Positions 48,549 to 57,424 of a stretch of 64,000 nucleotides of DNA are shown piece after piece. Source of the DNA: Oscillospiraceae bacterium (GTDB taxonomy: Bacteria; Bacillota; Clostridia; Oscillospirales; JAAYXM01); NCBI GenBank assembly GCA_017409405.1, contig JAFQSU010000007.1, positions 20,767 through 84,766 on the forward strand. The letters are read 5' to 3'. The stretch's first letter is position 1; every line of letters begins with the position of its first letter. A program made the translations under genes and the position numbers. The notes below the pieces were generated by a model. That model ran no database searches and was not told where the DNA came from. It saw only the letters and a list, made by a program, of their open reading frames with translations.

Positions 48549-49184
48549 ATGCAAAAGCTTATTGCTAAGGATTTACTTAAAATAAAGGCGGTTTTCTTCC
48601 GTCCGGACGAGCCGTTCACATGGGCAAGCGGTATCAAAAGCCCTGTTTACTGCGATAACCGCCTCACTCTTACCGCACCCGAGGTAAGAAACGATGTCGA
48701 AAACGGTCTTGTTTCACTTATCCGTGAACATTACCCCGAAGCAGAAGTGCTTATGGGCACATCAACTGCAGGTATTGCTCACGCCGCTATCTGCGGTCAC
48801 ATCATGGGTCTTCCGATGGGTTATGTCCGTTCCGGTGCAAAGGACCACGGCAGAAACAATCAGATAGAGGGTCGCCTTCTTTCCGGTCAGAAGGTCGTTG
48901 TTGTCGAAGACCTCATCTCCACGGGCGGAAGCTGTATCGAGGTTGTAAATGTTCTCCGTGAGGCAGGTGCAGAGGTTTTAGGCATCGTCAGCATCTTTAC
49001 CTACGGCATGCAGAAGGGTCTTGACCGTCTTGCGGCGGCAGAGGTCAAAAACGTCTCTCTCACAAACTTTGACGTTATTGCCGAAGTTGCGGCAGAAGAA
49101 AAGTATATTAAGCCCGAGGACGTTGCACGTCTTATAAAGTTCCGCAACAATCCGTCGGATGAGAGCTGGATAGCAAACGCATAA
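48549..49184 (+). CDS. pyrE: orotate phosphoribosyltransferase
   Basis: 211 aa. PRPP-binding motif VVVVEDLISTGGS. Confidence 0.96.
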   Translation: MQKLIAKDLLKIKAVFFRPDEPFTWASGIKSPVYCDNRLTLTAPEVRNDVENGLVSLIREHYPEAEVLMGTSTAGIAHAAICGHIMGLPMGYVRSGAKDHGRNNQIEGRLLSGQKVVVVEDLISTGGSCIEVVNVLREAGAEVLGIVSIFTYGMQKGLDRLAAAEVKNVSLTNFDVIAEVAAEEKYIKPEDVARLIKFRNNPSDESWIANA

Positions 49185-49194
49185 GCGTTTGCAG

Positions 49195-49371
49195 TTATAT
49201 AAATCCCAAAAGGGATTTGTGATATGCCCTTCGGGCGTGATATATTGCTTCGCAATGTGATATGCCTTCGGGCGTGAGGGGATTTATATAATATCACTTG
49301 ATGCGAAAGCATCAAATATCACAATTCACGAAGTGAATTATATCACATCGAGCGAAAGCGAGATATATCAC
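49195..49371. repeat. array of seven 7-mer-anchored mini-hairpins (3 x GTGATAT, then 4 x ATATCAC)
   Basis: GTGATAT at 49219, 49237 and 49257. ATATCAC at 49291, 49316, 49340 and 49365 (24-25-bp period). Each interval is its own small hairpin. Outer inverted repeat TATATAAATCCC (49195) / GGGGATTTATATA (49278). Confidence 0.85.
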
Positions 49372-49404
49372 TTTGATCAGTTGGCTTATAAAGGAGATAA
49401 AGAT

Positions 49405-50487
49405 ATGAGAAGTCTTATAGATATACTTGACCTTACGGTAGAAGAAATTGAAGAGCTTATGCACGTTGCATGCGACATCATCGCAAATCCGTGGAAGTAT
49501 TCGGAAATGTGCCGCGGCAAAAAGCTTGCAACACTCTTCTTTGAGCCGTCCACACGCACACGCCTGTCCTTTGAGGCGGCTATGCTTGAGCTTGGCGGAA
49601 GTGTGCTCGGCTTTTCCGAAGCATCGACCTCATCTGCCGCAAAGGGCGAGAGTGTTGCCGATACCGCAAAGGTCATGAGCTCATATTGCGACATCATCGC
49701 AATGCGCCACCCCAAGGAGGGCGCACCGTATGTTGCGGCAAGAAACGCAACAGTCCCCGTCATCAATGGCGGTGACGGCGGTCACTGCCACCCCACACAG
49801 ACACTTACAGACCTTCTCACGATATACCGTGAAAAGGGGCATCTTGATAACATAACCGTGGGATTTTGCGGAGACCTCAAATTCGGCAGAACCGTACATT
49901 CTCTTATTCATGCGCTTTCGAGATATGCAGGGATAAAGGTTATTCTCATCTCCCCCGAGGAGCTCAAGGTTCCGAGCTATGTCAAAAAGGAAAACGCTTT
50001 CGAGTATGAGGAAACAACCTCGCTTGAAGAAGCTATGCCGAAGCTCGACGTCCTTTATATGACACGCATCCAGAAGGAACGCTTTGAAACCGATGCCGAA
50101 TACGAAAGATTAAAGGACAGCTACATACTCACTCCCGAAAAGCTCGTTTCCGCAAAGAGTGATATGTGTATTCTCCACCCCCTGCCGAGAGTAAACGAAA
50201 TCAGCGTTGCCGTTGACTCCGACCCCCGTGCATGCTACTTCAGACAGGTTGCAAACGGAAAGTATATCCGTATGGCACTCATCTTAAAGCTTCTTGAAGA
50301 GGCAAGACGTGACGGAAACTCCGCACTTGAAGACGAAGGCTTTATCAAGGGCGAGCACCGTTGCTTTAATCCGAGATGCATAACCTCGTGCGAGCAGGAA
50401 ATTGAGCATATGTTCAAGGTTTCGCATTCCGGCGCACACCGCTGCGTATATTGCGAAGCAAAGGCGCGTAATCTTGATAATAATTAA
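49405..50487 (+). CDS. pyrB: aspartate carbamoyltransferase catalytic chain fused to a PyrI-type zinc domain
   Basis: Track ORF (49333) trimmed to [10 protein letters not shown] after AAGGAG. STRTR, HPTQ and HPLP motifs. About 55 extra C-terminal aa with CFNPRC...x21...CVYC. Confidence 0.9.
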   Translation: MRSLIDILDLTVEEIEELMHVACDIIANPWKYSEMCRGKKLATLFFEPSTRTRLSFEAAMLELGGSVLGFSEASTSSAAKGESVADTAKVMSSYCDIIAMRHPKEGAPYVAARNATVPVINGGDGGHCHPTQTLTDLLTIYREKGHLDNITVGFCGDLKFGRTVHSLIHALSRYAGIKVILISPEELKVPSYVKKENAFEYEETTSLEEAMPKLDVLYMTRIQKERFETDAEYERLKDSYILTPEKLVSAKSDMCILHPLPRVNEISVAVDSDPRACYFRQVANGKYIRMALILKLLEEARRDGNSALEDEGFIKGEHRCFNPRCITSCEQEIEHMFKVSHSGAHRCVYCEAKARNLDNN

Positions 50488-50496
50488 ATATGTACG

Positions 50497-50530
50497 AAAA
50501 GGCCGATGTGTATTGCATCGGCTTTTTTTG
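50497..50530 (+). terminator. pyr operon terminator
   Basis: GCCGATG-tgtattg-CATCGGC followed by TTTTTTT. Confidence 0.85.
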
Positions 50531-50602
50531 TCACATATTCCCCCTCTTGTAATAATATAAAAAACGTGATATTATATAAAAATAAAGGTGGGGATATCGC
50601 GT

Positions 50603-52117
50603 ATGTTATCAAAAGTATACACAATGGGTCTCAACGGGGCACGAGGCTTTGTTGTTACCGTTGAAAGTACCGTTTCCGGCGGCATGGTTTCGTTTGAAAT
50701 TATCGGCTTGCCCGATACGGCGGTAAAAGAATCGCGCGACAGAGTAAAGGCTACGGCAAGAGGTCTCGGCATAAAGTTTCCTCAATCAAAAATCACCGTA
50801 AATCTTGCTCCGGCAGGAACGAAGAAGGAAGGCGCAATTTACGACCTTCCGATACTTCTGTCAATTCTTTCGGCAGCCGAAAAGATAAAAGCAATAGATC
50901 CTGACTGCGCCTTTATAGGAGAGCTCTCGCTCGGCGGCGAGCTTCGCCCTGCACACGGTGTCCTCACAATGGCTCTTGCGGCAAAGGCAGCAGGCATAAA
51001 AACGTTGTTCGTGCCGAAAGCCAACGCACGCGAAGCCGCTCTTGCAGGCGAAGAGCTTAAGGTCTTCGGCGCGGCATCGGCAGAAGAGGTCATCCGTCAT
51101 ATAAACGGCGAAATGGCGCTTTCCCGTGAGGAGTGCCGCATACCGGATAAAAGCAATACGGCAAAAGCTCTTGACTTTGCGGATGTAAGGGGTCAGGAAA
51201 ACGTAAAACGTGCGCTTGAAATCGCCGCAGCGGGCGGTCACAACATACTGATGATTGGACCTCCCGGCTCGGGTAAAAGCATGCTTGCCTCGCGTATACC
51301 GTCAATCCTTCCGGATATGACCCACGAAGAAGCGCTTGAGGCGACAGAGCTTCATTCCATAGTAGGGCTGCTCTCGTCGGAAAATCCGCTTCTTACCGAA
51401 AGACCGTTCCGCTCACCCCATCACAGCTCATCGGCAACAAGTCTTTCAGGCGGAGGAACGTCACTTCGCCCCGGCGAGCTTTCGCTTGCACACAATGGCG
51501 TTCTTTTCCTTGATGAGCTTCCGGAATTCCGGCGTGATGCGCTTGAGGTTCTCCGCCAGCCCATGGAAACGGGCGAGGTTGTGATTTCAAGGGCGGCAGG
51601 CACCGCTGTATATCCGGCGGCATTCATGCTTGTGTGTGCCATGAATCCATGCAAGTGCGGATGGTACGGCTATGAAGGCAACGGGCATACATGCTCGTGC
51701 TCCGAGCAGGCTGTTGAAAAATATATAGGAAAGATTTCCGGTCCGCTTATGGACAGAATTGATATTCATATAAATGTTGCAAGCGTTACCTATGACGACA
51801 TGTCGTCCGATGCCCCGGCAGAGCCGTCGGCGGCAATACGGGAAAGAGTAAACCGTGCAAGAGAGCGTGCCCGTCGCCGTGGTGTTGTGTGCAACGCACG
51901 GCTTTCGCCGACAAAGCTGCATGAGGTGGCGGTTCTCGATGACGGGGCGAAGCTTTTGCTGAAAAATGCATTTGACGCACTCGGGCTCACGGGCAGGTCG
52001 TATGACAAGATTCTCAAAATCGGTCTTACCATAGCCGATATGGCAGAATCCGATATAATAATGCCCGAACATATTGCAGAAGCTATACAGTACCGCTCAC
52101 TTGACCGTGAAGAATAA
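50603..52117 (+). CDS. comM: YifB/ComM family Mg-chelatase-like ATPase
   Basis: Trimmed to MLSKVYTMGLNG. Lon-like N-domain, AAA+ Walker A GPPGSGKS, FLDELPEF, Cys cluster, C-terminal domain. Confidence 0.92.
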   Translation: MLSKVYTMGLNGARGFVVTVESTVSGGMVSFEIIGLPDTAVKESRDRVKATARGLGIKFPQSKITVNLAPAGTKKEGAIYDLPILLSILSAAEKIKAIDPDCAFIGELSLGGELRPAHGVLTMALAAKAAGIKTLFVPKANAREAALAGEELKVFGAASAEEVIRHINGEMALSREECRIPDKSNTAKALDFADVRGQENVKRALEIAAAGGHNILMIGPPGSGKSMLASRIPSILPDMTHEEALEATELHSIVGLLSSENPLLTERPFRSPHHSSSATSLSGGGTSLRPGELSLAHNGVLFLDELPEFRRDALEVLRQPMETGEVVISRAAGTAVYPAAFMLVCAMNPCKCGWYGYEGNGHTCSCSEQAVEKYIGKISGPLMDRIDIHINVASVTYDDMSSDAPAEPSAAIRERVNRARERARRRGVVCNARLSPTKLHEVAVLDDGAKLLLKNAFDALGLTGRSYDKILKIGLTIADMAESDIIMPEHIAEAIQYRSLDREE

Positions 52118-52144
52118 AGCGGATGTGTGTTAGGAGGAGATAAT

Positions 52145-53095
52145 ATGACCAGAAGAATACTTGGGGTTGTGCTCGCTCTTGTGATGACCCTGTCACTTGC
52201 GTCTTGTGCACCGGATGCGGAGGACTATATTTCCGGCACGAGCTTTGACCCCATCGAATACGACACGGGGGCTGTTGCAAGGTATGAAAACCAGCTCTAC
52301 GGAATCATTCTTGAATACCCCGAAAAATACCAGCGCATAGGCAACTTTGACCTTGACGGGTATGTCACGTTTGAGGGCGACGGAGTTGTCGTAAGCGTAT
52401 ATGTTCCGGACACCGAAAATAACGACATTCTCACTGCTGAAGCATATGTTGACGAGGTGCTGGAGCTTCCGAAAACCGAGGGCTCAGGCGTTACCAAATA
52501 CGGAAAGTGCAACGGCTATAAGGTGCTCAAGCGCGAGGACGGAAAAATCACAATTGATTTTATCGTGAAGGGCGTTGATGCGTTCTACCGCTTTGCATAT
52601 TCCCAGTCCGAGGAAGATTTCACGGAGGAAAATGCAACTTTCCAGCAGATAATGGGCTCAATCCGCATAGACGACGGTGTTTACAACATGCTCAACCGCA
52701 TGGCATCAAGATATAAGGTGCTTCTTGAGTACGCCACATCCATGCAGTATATAACGGATGCAAACTATGCAAACCACTGCCTGAACAACTTTGCTTCCTC
52801 CGGCGATGTCCGTCACAAGGAAGAGGCACTTTCCACCTCTGCCGCAATCCGTGAGGAAATTGAAAAAATCATTTCCCACGAGCGTGAAGAGGATGAACAG
52901 TATGAGGAAATGTGGAACGAGATAGTAGCGTCTGCCGAGAAAATCCTCGAATCGTGCAAAAAGGCAGAGGAATGCGTAAAGACCGGTGATTATGAGGGCG
53001 CACAGAAAATAGCAAGAACTGATTTTTCATACGACCTGTCTGACGATGCTTCGAGATTCCTTGCAACAATAAACGCAGAAATTGCTGAATATTAA
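52145..53095 (+). CDS. hypothetical lipoprotein
   Basis: Trimmed to MTRRILGVVLALVMTLSLASC (lipobox LASC) after AGGAGG. No family recognised. Confidence 0.7.
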   Translation: MTRRILGVVLALVMTLSLASCAPDAEDYISGTSFDPIEYDTGAVARYENQLYGIILEYPEKYQRIGNFDLDGYVTFEGDGVVVSVYVPDTENNDILTAEAYVDEVLELPKTEGSGVTKYGKCNGYKVLKREDGKITIDFIVKGVDAFYRFAYSQSEEDFTEENATFQQIMGSIRIDDGVYNMLNRMASRYKVLLEYATSMQYITDANYANHCLNNFASSGDVRHKEEALSTSAAIREEIEKIISHEREEDEQYEEMWNEIVASAEKILESCKKAEECVKTGDYEGAQKIARTDFSYDLSDDASRFLATINAEIAEY

Positions 53096-53096
53096 G

Positions 53097-53124
53097 AAAA
53101 AACCGCCGAAAGGCGGTTTTTTGT
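53097..53124 (+). terminator. rho-independent terminator
   Basis: AACCGCC-gaaa-GGCGGTT followed by TTTTT. Confidence 0.9.
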
Positions 53125-53217
53125 GTTCTGATTTACAATTTTTTATTCTTTACAAGAAGTTTATAATGTGTTACAATTGTATTACTAATGTAAATTTGGG
53201 GGAGGTTTACGTTAATT

Positions 53218-55098
53218 ATGAAGCTTAACGTAAAATTCTGGTACTACATTTTAATAGATATCATGTGCTTTGCCGTGTCTTTTTTTGCCGCGGCTCTTCT
53301 TCGCTTTGATATGAGCTATGGAGAGGCTATGGGCTTTCTGCTGTCGGCAAGCCCCGTTTATTATGCGGTTCTTGCCGTGTCGGTCTTCGGCTTCGGCTTC
53401 TTTTTCGGCACATACAGAACGCTTTACGTCAACATTTCATTCCGTGATGTTTTGCGCCAGCTCAAGCTTGTTGCATGCTCTGTTATCCTCGCATATGTCT
53501 GTCACCATTTTTTCAGATATGCGATATCCATGAGTATAACCTGCATGTTCGGCTTTCTGTATTTTTTCACGACTCTTGCCGTGCGCTGTGTTGAGCATGT
53601 TTACAAGATGCTTGTGCTTGCAAAAAAAGCATCCGGCGCAGAGGTTTCAAGAGTTCTCGTTGTGGGCGCAGGACATGCGGGCAGCATGCTCATTCACATG
53701 CTCACCACCCGTCCCGACATGTGCCTGCTTCCGGTTGCGGTTGTCGATGACGACAATGCAAAGCAAAATATGACCATCTCCGGCATCCGCGTCCTCGGAA
53801 AGACGAGAGATATTACAAAAATAGCAAAGGACTGCCGCGCGGATGAGATTATCATAGCAATCCCGTCGGCGACCTCGGTACAGCTCAAGGCAATTTTTGA
53901 AAACTGTAAGGGCTGCGAAATCCCTGTCAAATCCTTCGGAAGTCTTATGGATTTTCACGAGTTTATGTCAGGCTCGCGCAAATCCCTTAAAAACCTGTCA
54001 ATCGAAGACCTGCTTTTCCGCGACTCCGTAAAACCCGACATGAGCGCTGTGTCCGACTACATAAACGGCAAAAGCGTGCTCGTTACCGGCGGCGCAGGCA
54101 GCATCGGCTCTGAAATCTGCCGCCAGGTGCTGGAGTACGGCTGTCGCTACCTCGTGATTATGGACATTAACGAAAACGGGCTGTTCTTTTTGCAGAACGA
54201 CCTTCTTGCCTCTTATCCTCAGGAACGCTTCTGCGTCCGTGTCGGAAGCGTAAGGGATAAGGTTCGCATGGACTATCTCTTCAAAAGCCATAAGTTTGAC
54301 ATAGTTTTCCATGCGGCGGCGCACAAGCACGTTCCTCTTATGGAGGACAATGTCTTCGAGGCTGTGAAAAACAACGTTTTCGGCACGAAAAACACTATTG
54401 AGTGCTGCATAGAAAACGGCACCGAAAAGTTTGTTCTCATATCCACCGACAAGGCAGTAAACCCGACCAACATCATGGGCGCGACAAAGCGTGCCGCCGA
54501 GCTCCTCGTTCAGCGGTATAACGGTCGCGGCTGTGAGCTTGCGGCTGTCCGATTCGGAAACGTTTTAGGCTCAAACGGAAGCGTTATACCGATTTTCAGA
54601 CGCCAGATAGAAGCCGGCGGTCCCGTTACCGTCACCCACCGCAATATAATGCGTTATTTCATGACCATCCCCGAGGCCGTTTCTCTCGTTCTCAATGCCG
54701 GCGTAAGTGCGCGTGGCGGTGAGGTTTTCGTCCTCGACATGGGCGAGCCGGTCGGAATATATGACCTTGCCTGCAATATGATTGAGCTTGCAGGACTCAA
54801 GCTTGACCGTGACATAAAGATAGAGTTCACGGGTCTCCGCCCGGGCGAGAAGATGTTTGAAGAGCTCAAGCTCGACAACGAGCAGTGTACACGCACGGCG
54901 CACGACAAAATCTTCATCATGCATGCGGCAACGCCCACGGACAAGGTTGACGGCGACATAGAAAACCTCGATGAGCTTCTCTCCCGTGACAGCTCAGAGG
55001 AAGAGCTGCGCTCTGCAATCTTCGATACGATTTCGATTGATTTTGAAGAAAGTGCAAGACACGGCTCGGACATAAGTGAATTTTCTGAGATAAAATAG
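53218..55098 (+). CDS. capD: membrane-bound polysaccharide biosynthesis protein CapD/PglF-like (nucleotide-sugar 4,6-dehydratase)
   Basis: 626 aa. N-terminal TM helices, two Rossmann regions (VVGAGHAG; VTGGAGSIGSE), STDKAVNP motif. Confidence 0.9.
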   Translation: MKLNVKFWYYILIDIMCFAVSFFAAALLRFDMSYGEAMGFLLSASPVYYAVLAVSVFGFGFFFGTYRTLYVNISFRDVLRQLKLVACSVILAYVCHHFFRYAISMSITCMFGFLYFFTTLAVRCVEHVYKMLVLAKKASGAEVSRVLVVGAGHAGSMLIHMLTTRPDMCLLPVAVVDDDNAKQNMTISGIRVLGKTRDITKIAKDCRADEIIIAIPSATSVQLKAIFENCKGCEIPVKSFGSLMDFHEFMSGSRKSLKNLSIEDLLFRDSVKPDMSAVSDYINGKSVLVTGGAGSIGSEICRQVLEYGCRYLVIMDINENGLFFLQNDLLASYPQERFCVRVGSVRDKVRMDYLFKSHKFDIVFHAAAHKHVPLMEDNVFEAVKNNVFGTKNTIECCIENGTEKFVLISTDKAVNPTNIMGATKRAAELLVQRYNGRGCELAAVRFGNVLGSNGSVIPIFRRQIEAGGPVTVTHRNIMRYFMTIPEAVSLVLNAGVSARGGEVFVLDMGEPVGIYDLACNMIELAGLKLDRDIKIEFTGLRPGEKMFEELKLDNEQCTRTAHDKIFIMHAATPTDKVDGDIENLDELLSRDSSEEELRSAIFDTISIDFEESARHGSDISEFSEIK

Positions 55099-55178
55099 CA
55101 TAAAACACTTGATTTTTGAGACTTTTATGGTATACTTAAGATGACTCTTTTTCACCGGCAAAGGAAGGTAATATTTAA

Positions 55179-55907
55179 ATGGAACTTGATTTAAAAAAGA
55201 CCATATCGGTGCTTTTTGCAAAGATATGGCTTATTGTAGCGGTTACTGCCGTAAGCGGCGTACTGTTTCTTATAACAAATCTGTTTTTCGTGACACCGAT
55301 GTACACGTCACAGGCTCTTCTGTATGTTTCCAACATGTCAGAGCGTAAGTCGTCGATCGTTACCACGAGCGACGTTACCGTTTCCCGTGAGCTTGTTGAC
55401 ACCTTCGTTGTTATCCTCAACAGCCGTACCGTTCTCGATAAGGTTGCAGAGCAGTCCGGTCTTGACTATTCTTCCACACAGATAAAGAACATGATATCGG
55501 CACAGTCCGTTTCATCCACCGAGGTTTTCAAAATCTCGGTCACCCACTCCAACCCCGTTGAAGCACAGATTATAGCGGACACTATCCTGAAGGTTGCCCC
55601 GGGCGAAATCAAGCGTGTTATGAACGCCGGTGCCGTCTCCATCATTGACTATGCAACCCTTCCGCTTTCTCCGTCTTCCCCCAACATCCCGAAAAACACC
55701 ATTCTCGGCGCACTTCTCGGCGCAATGCTTACGGTGTTTGTCATTCTTCTCACTCAGGTATTTGATACACGAATCAAGGATGAATTTACTCTTGTTGAAA
55801 ACTTCGACCTTCCGATTATCGGCATGATTCCGTCGTTCAAGCTTGCAGAAAAAACCGTTACCGGCAGCAAGCGGAAGCCGCATCTCCGCAAAAGGAGGGT
55901 TAGATAA
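55179..55907 (+). CDS. Wzz/CpsC-type chain-length determinant (BY-kinase transmembrane modulator)
   Basis: 242 aa. Two TM segments flanking an extracellular domain, basic C-terminus. 1-nt overlap with the kinase gene. Confidence 0.88.
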   Translation: MELDLKKTISVLFAKIWLIVAVTAVSGVLFLITNLFFVTPMYTSQALLYVSNMSERKSSIVTTSDVTVSRELVDTFVVILNSRTVLDKVAEQSGLDYSSTQIKNMISAQSVSSTEVFKISVTHSNPVEAQIIADTILKVAPGEIKRVMNAGAVSIIDYATLPLSPSSPNIPKNTILGALLGAMLTVFVILLTQVFDTRIKDEFTLVENFDLPIIGMIPSFKLAEKTVTGSKRKPHLRKRRVR

Positions 55908-56674
55908 TGGCACTTTTCGATTTGAAACAGTTAAAGCTTAAGAAGAAAAAGAAAATAAGCACCTACGTTAAAAGTGAGCTGCTTACCGAAGACAGCCCGT
56001 TTATCATCACTGAAGCATATAAGGCGATGAGAACAAACCTCATGTTCATGCTCTCAGAGGACAAAAAGGTTGTCGCATTCACAAGCGCCATGGAAAACGA
56101 GGGAAAAACGACAACGTGTCTTAATGTCGGCATAGCTTTTGCTCAGGCAGGGCAGAAGATTCTCATAATAGATATGGATATGAGAAAGCCCCGTGCCCAC
56201 AGATACTTTGAAATCCCCTCTTCTCCCGGTCTTTCCGACCGTCTCGGCGGCTTCACCAAAGAGCTTCCGATATCAAAGACGGAGTATGAAAACCTCTATG
56301 TTCTTCCGGTAGGTACGATACCGCCGAGTCCGCCCGAGCTTCTCATGTCTGCGGCGTTTGACAAAATCATAGAAGAGCTTCGTGGTGAGTACGACTACAT
56401 CTTCATCGACACGCCTCCGATTCACGTCGTAACGGATATCGCGATAATCGCAAACAAGATAGACGGCGTCGTGTTTGTCGTCAGAGAGAACACCGTTTCT
56501 CTTGAAATTGTAAAACAGTCTATCGACAGCCTTGAGCGAGTCGGTGCAAAAATCCTCGGCTTTATACTCAACGACTCTATAGGCGACTCACTCTTTACAC
56601 AGTACAAATACAGACGTAAGTACCGCGCAAGATACGGCTACACATACGGCTACAGCCTTCCGCATAAGGAATAG
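55907..56674 (+). CDS. CpsD/CapB-type tyrosine-protein kinase
   Basis: 255 aa. Walker A ENEGKTT, Walker A' IIDMDMRKP, Walker B IFIDTPP, C-terminal Tyr cluster YKYRRKYRARYGYTYGY. Confidence 0.92.
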   Translation: MALFDLKQLKLKKKKKISTYVKSELLTEDSPFIITEAYKAMRTNLMFMLSEDKKVVAFTSAMENEGKTTTCLNVGIAFAQAGQKILIIDMDMRKPRAHRYFEIPSSPGLSDRLGGFTKELPISKTEYENLYVLPVGTIPPSPPELLMSAAFDKIIEELRGEYDYIFIDTPPIHVVTDIAIIANKIDGVVFVVRENTVSLEIVKQSIDSLERVGAKILGFILNDSIGDSLFTQYKYRRKYRARYGYTYGYSLPHKE

Positions 56675-56683
56675 GTGCTTGCC

Positions 56684-57373
56684 ATGTATGTTGATTTTCA
56701 CGCTCACATTCTGCCGTGCGCGGATCACGGCTCTGAAAGCCTTGAAATGTCTCTGCTTCAGCTTAAACACGCAAGAGAAGCCGGCGTTGACACAATCGTT
56801 GCAACCCCTCATTTCTATCCCGGGGAGGACACGGTTGATGCGTTTTTGGAGCGCCGTGAGAAGGCGTATAACGAGCTTGTTTCTGCAGGCACGGGTGAGG
56901 TTAAAATCGTCCGCGCGGCAGAGGTCCAGCTTGCGACTGACATTGAAAAGCTCGAGGGCTTAGAAAAGCTCTGTATAGAGGGTACGAACTACATTCTGCT
57001 TGAATTTCCGGCTGAGCCGTGGCCATACTGGATTTACGACTCCGTGACGGAAATCATAAGAAACCGACGGCTTCGCCCGATATGCGCGCATATCGACAGA
57101 TATTCGCATCTCGGCCGTGATAAGATTTTAAGGTTGAACGTCGATGTCCAGCTCAACGCAAGTGCTCTGCTGGATTCGCGCCGTCATAGGCACTACTATC
57201 TCGACCTTATCGCCGACGATGCCGTACATATTCTCGGAAGCGACGTTCACGGTGACGGGGCATACTCGTACAAGGACTTCACTTCGGCGATAAAGAAAAT
57301 CGGAAAGCTCATGCCGTATATGACGGCAAACGCACGGAAGATATTAAAGTCCGGCGAAAAAACAAAGTGGTAA
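56684..57373 (+). CDS. CpsB/CapC-type PHP-family protein-tyrosine phosphatase
   Basis: Trimmed to MYVDFHAHILPCADHGSES. PHP His motifs (TPHF, GSDVHG). Confidence 0.88.
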   Translation: MYVDFHAHILPCADHGSESLEMSLLQLKHAREAGVDTIVATPHFYPGEDTVDAFLERREKAYNELVSAGTGEVKIVRAAEVQLATDIEKLEGLEKLCIEGTNYILLEFPAEPWPYWIYDSVTEIIRNRRLRPICAHIDRYSHLGRDKILRLNVDVQLNASALLDSRRHRHYYLDLIADDAVHILGSDVHGDGAYSYKDFTSAIKKIGKLMPYMTANARKILKSGEKTKW

Positions 57374-57424
57374 TTTATTTACAAAATGTAAATACAATTA
57401 AATTTCAGGGAAGGTGTTTTAACT

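Noticed and set aside
49195-49371. Possible CRISPR array (regularly spaced short repeats)
   Set aside because: The repeat unit is only 7 bp and the 'spacers' are 11-18 bp and themselves palindromic. The orientation flips in mid-array, and there are no cas genes. This is not CRISPR-like beyond superficial periodicity.
49333-49404. N-terminal extension of pyrB ([24 protein letters not shown])
   Set aside because: It lies entirely within the heptamer-hairpin array. An AAGGAG SD sits 8 nt before ATG 49405, and ATCases begin near MRSLI...
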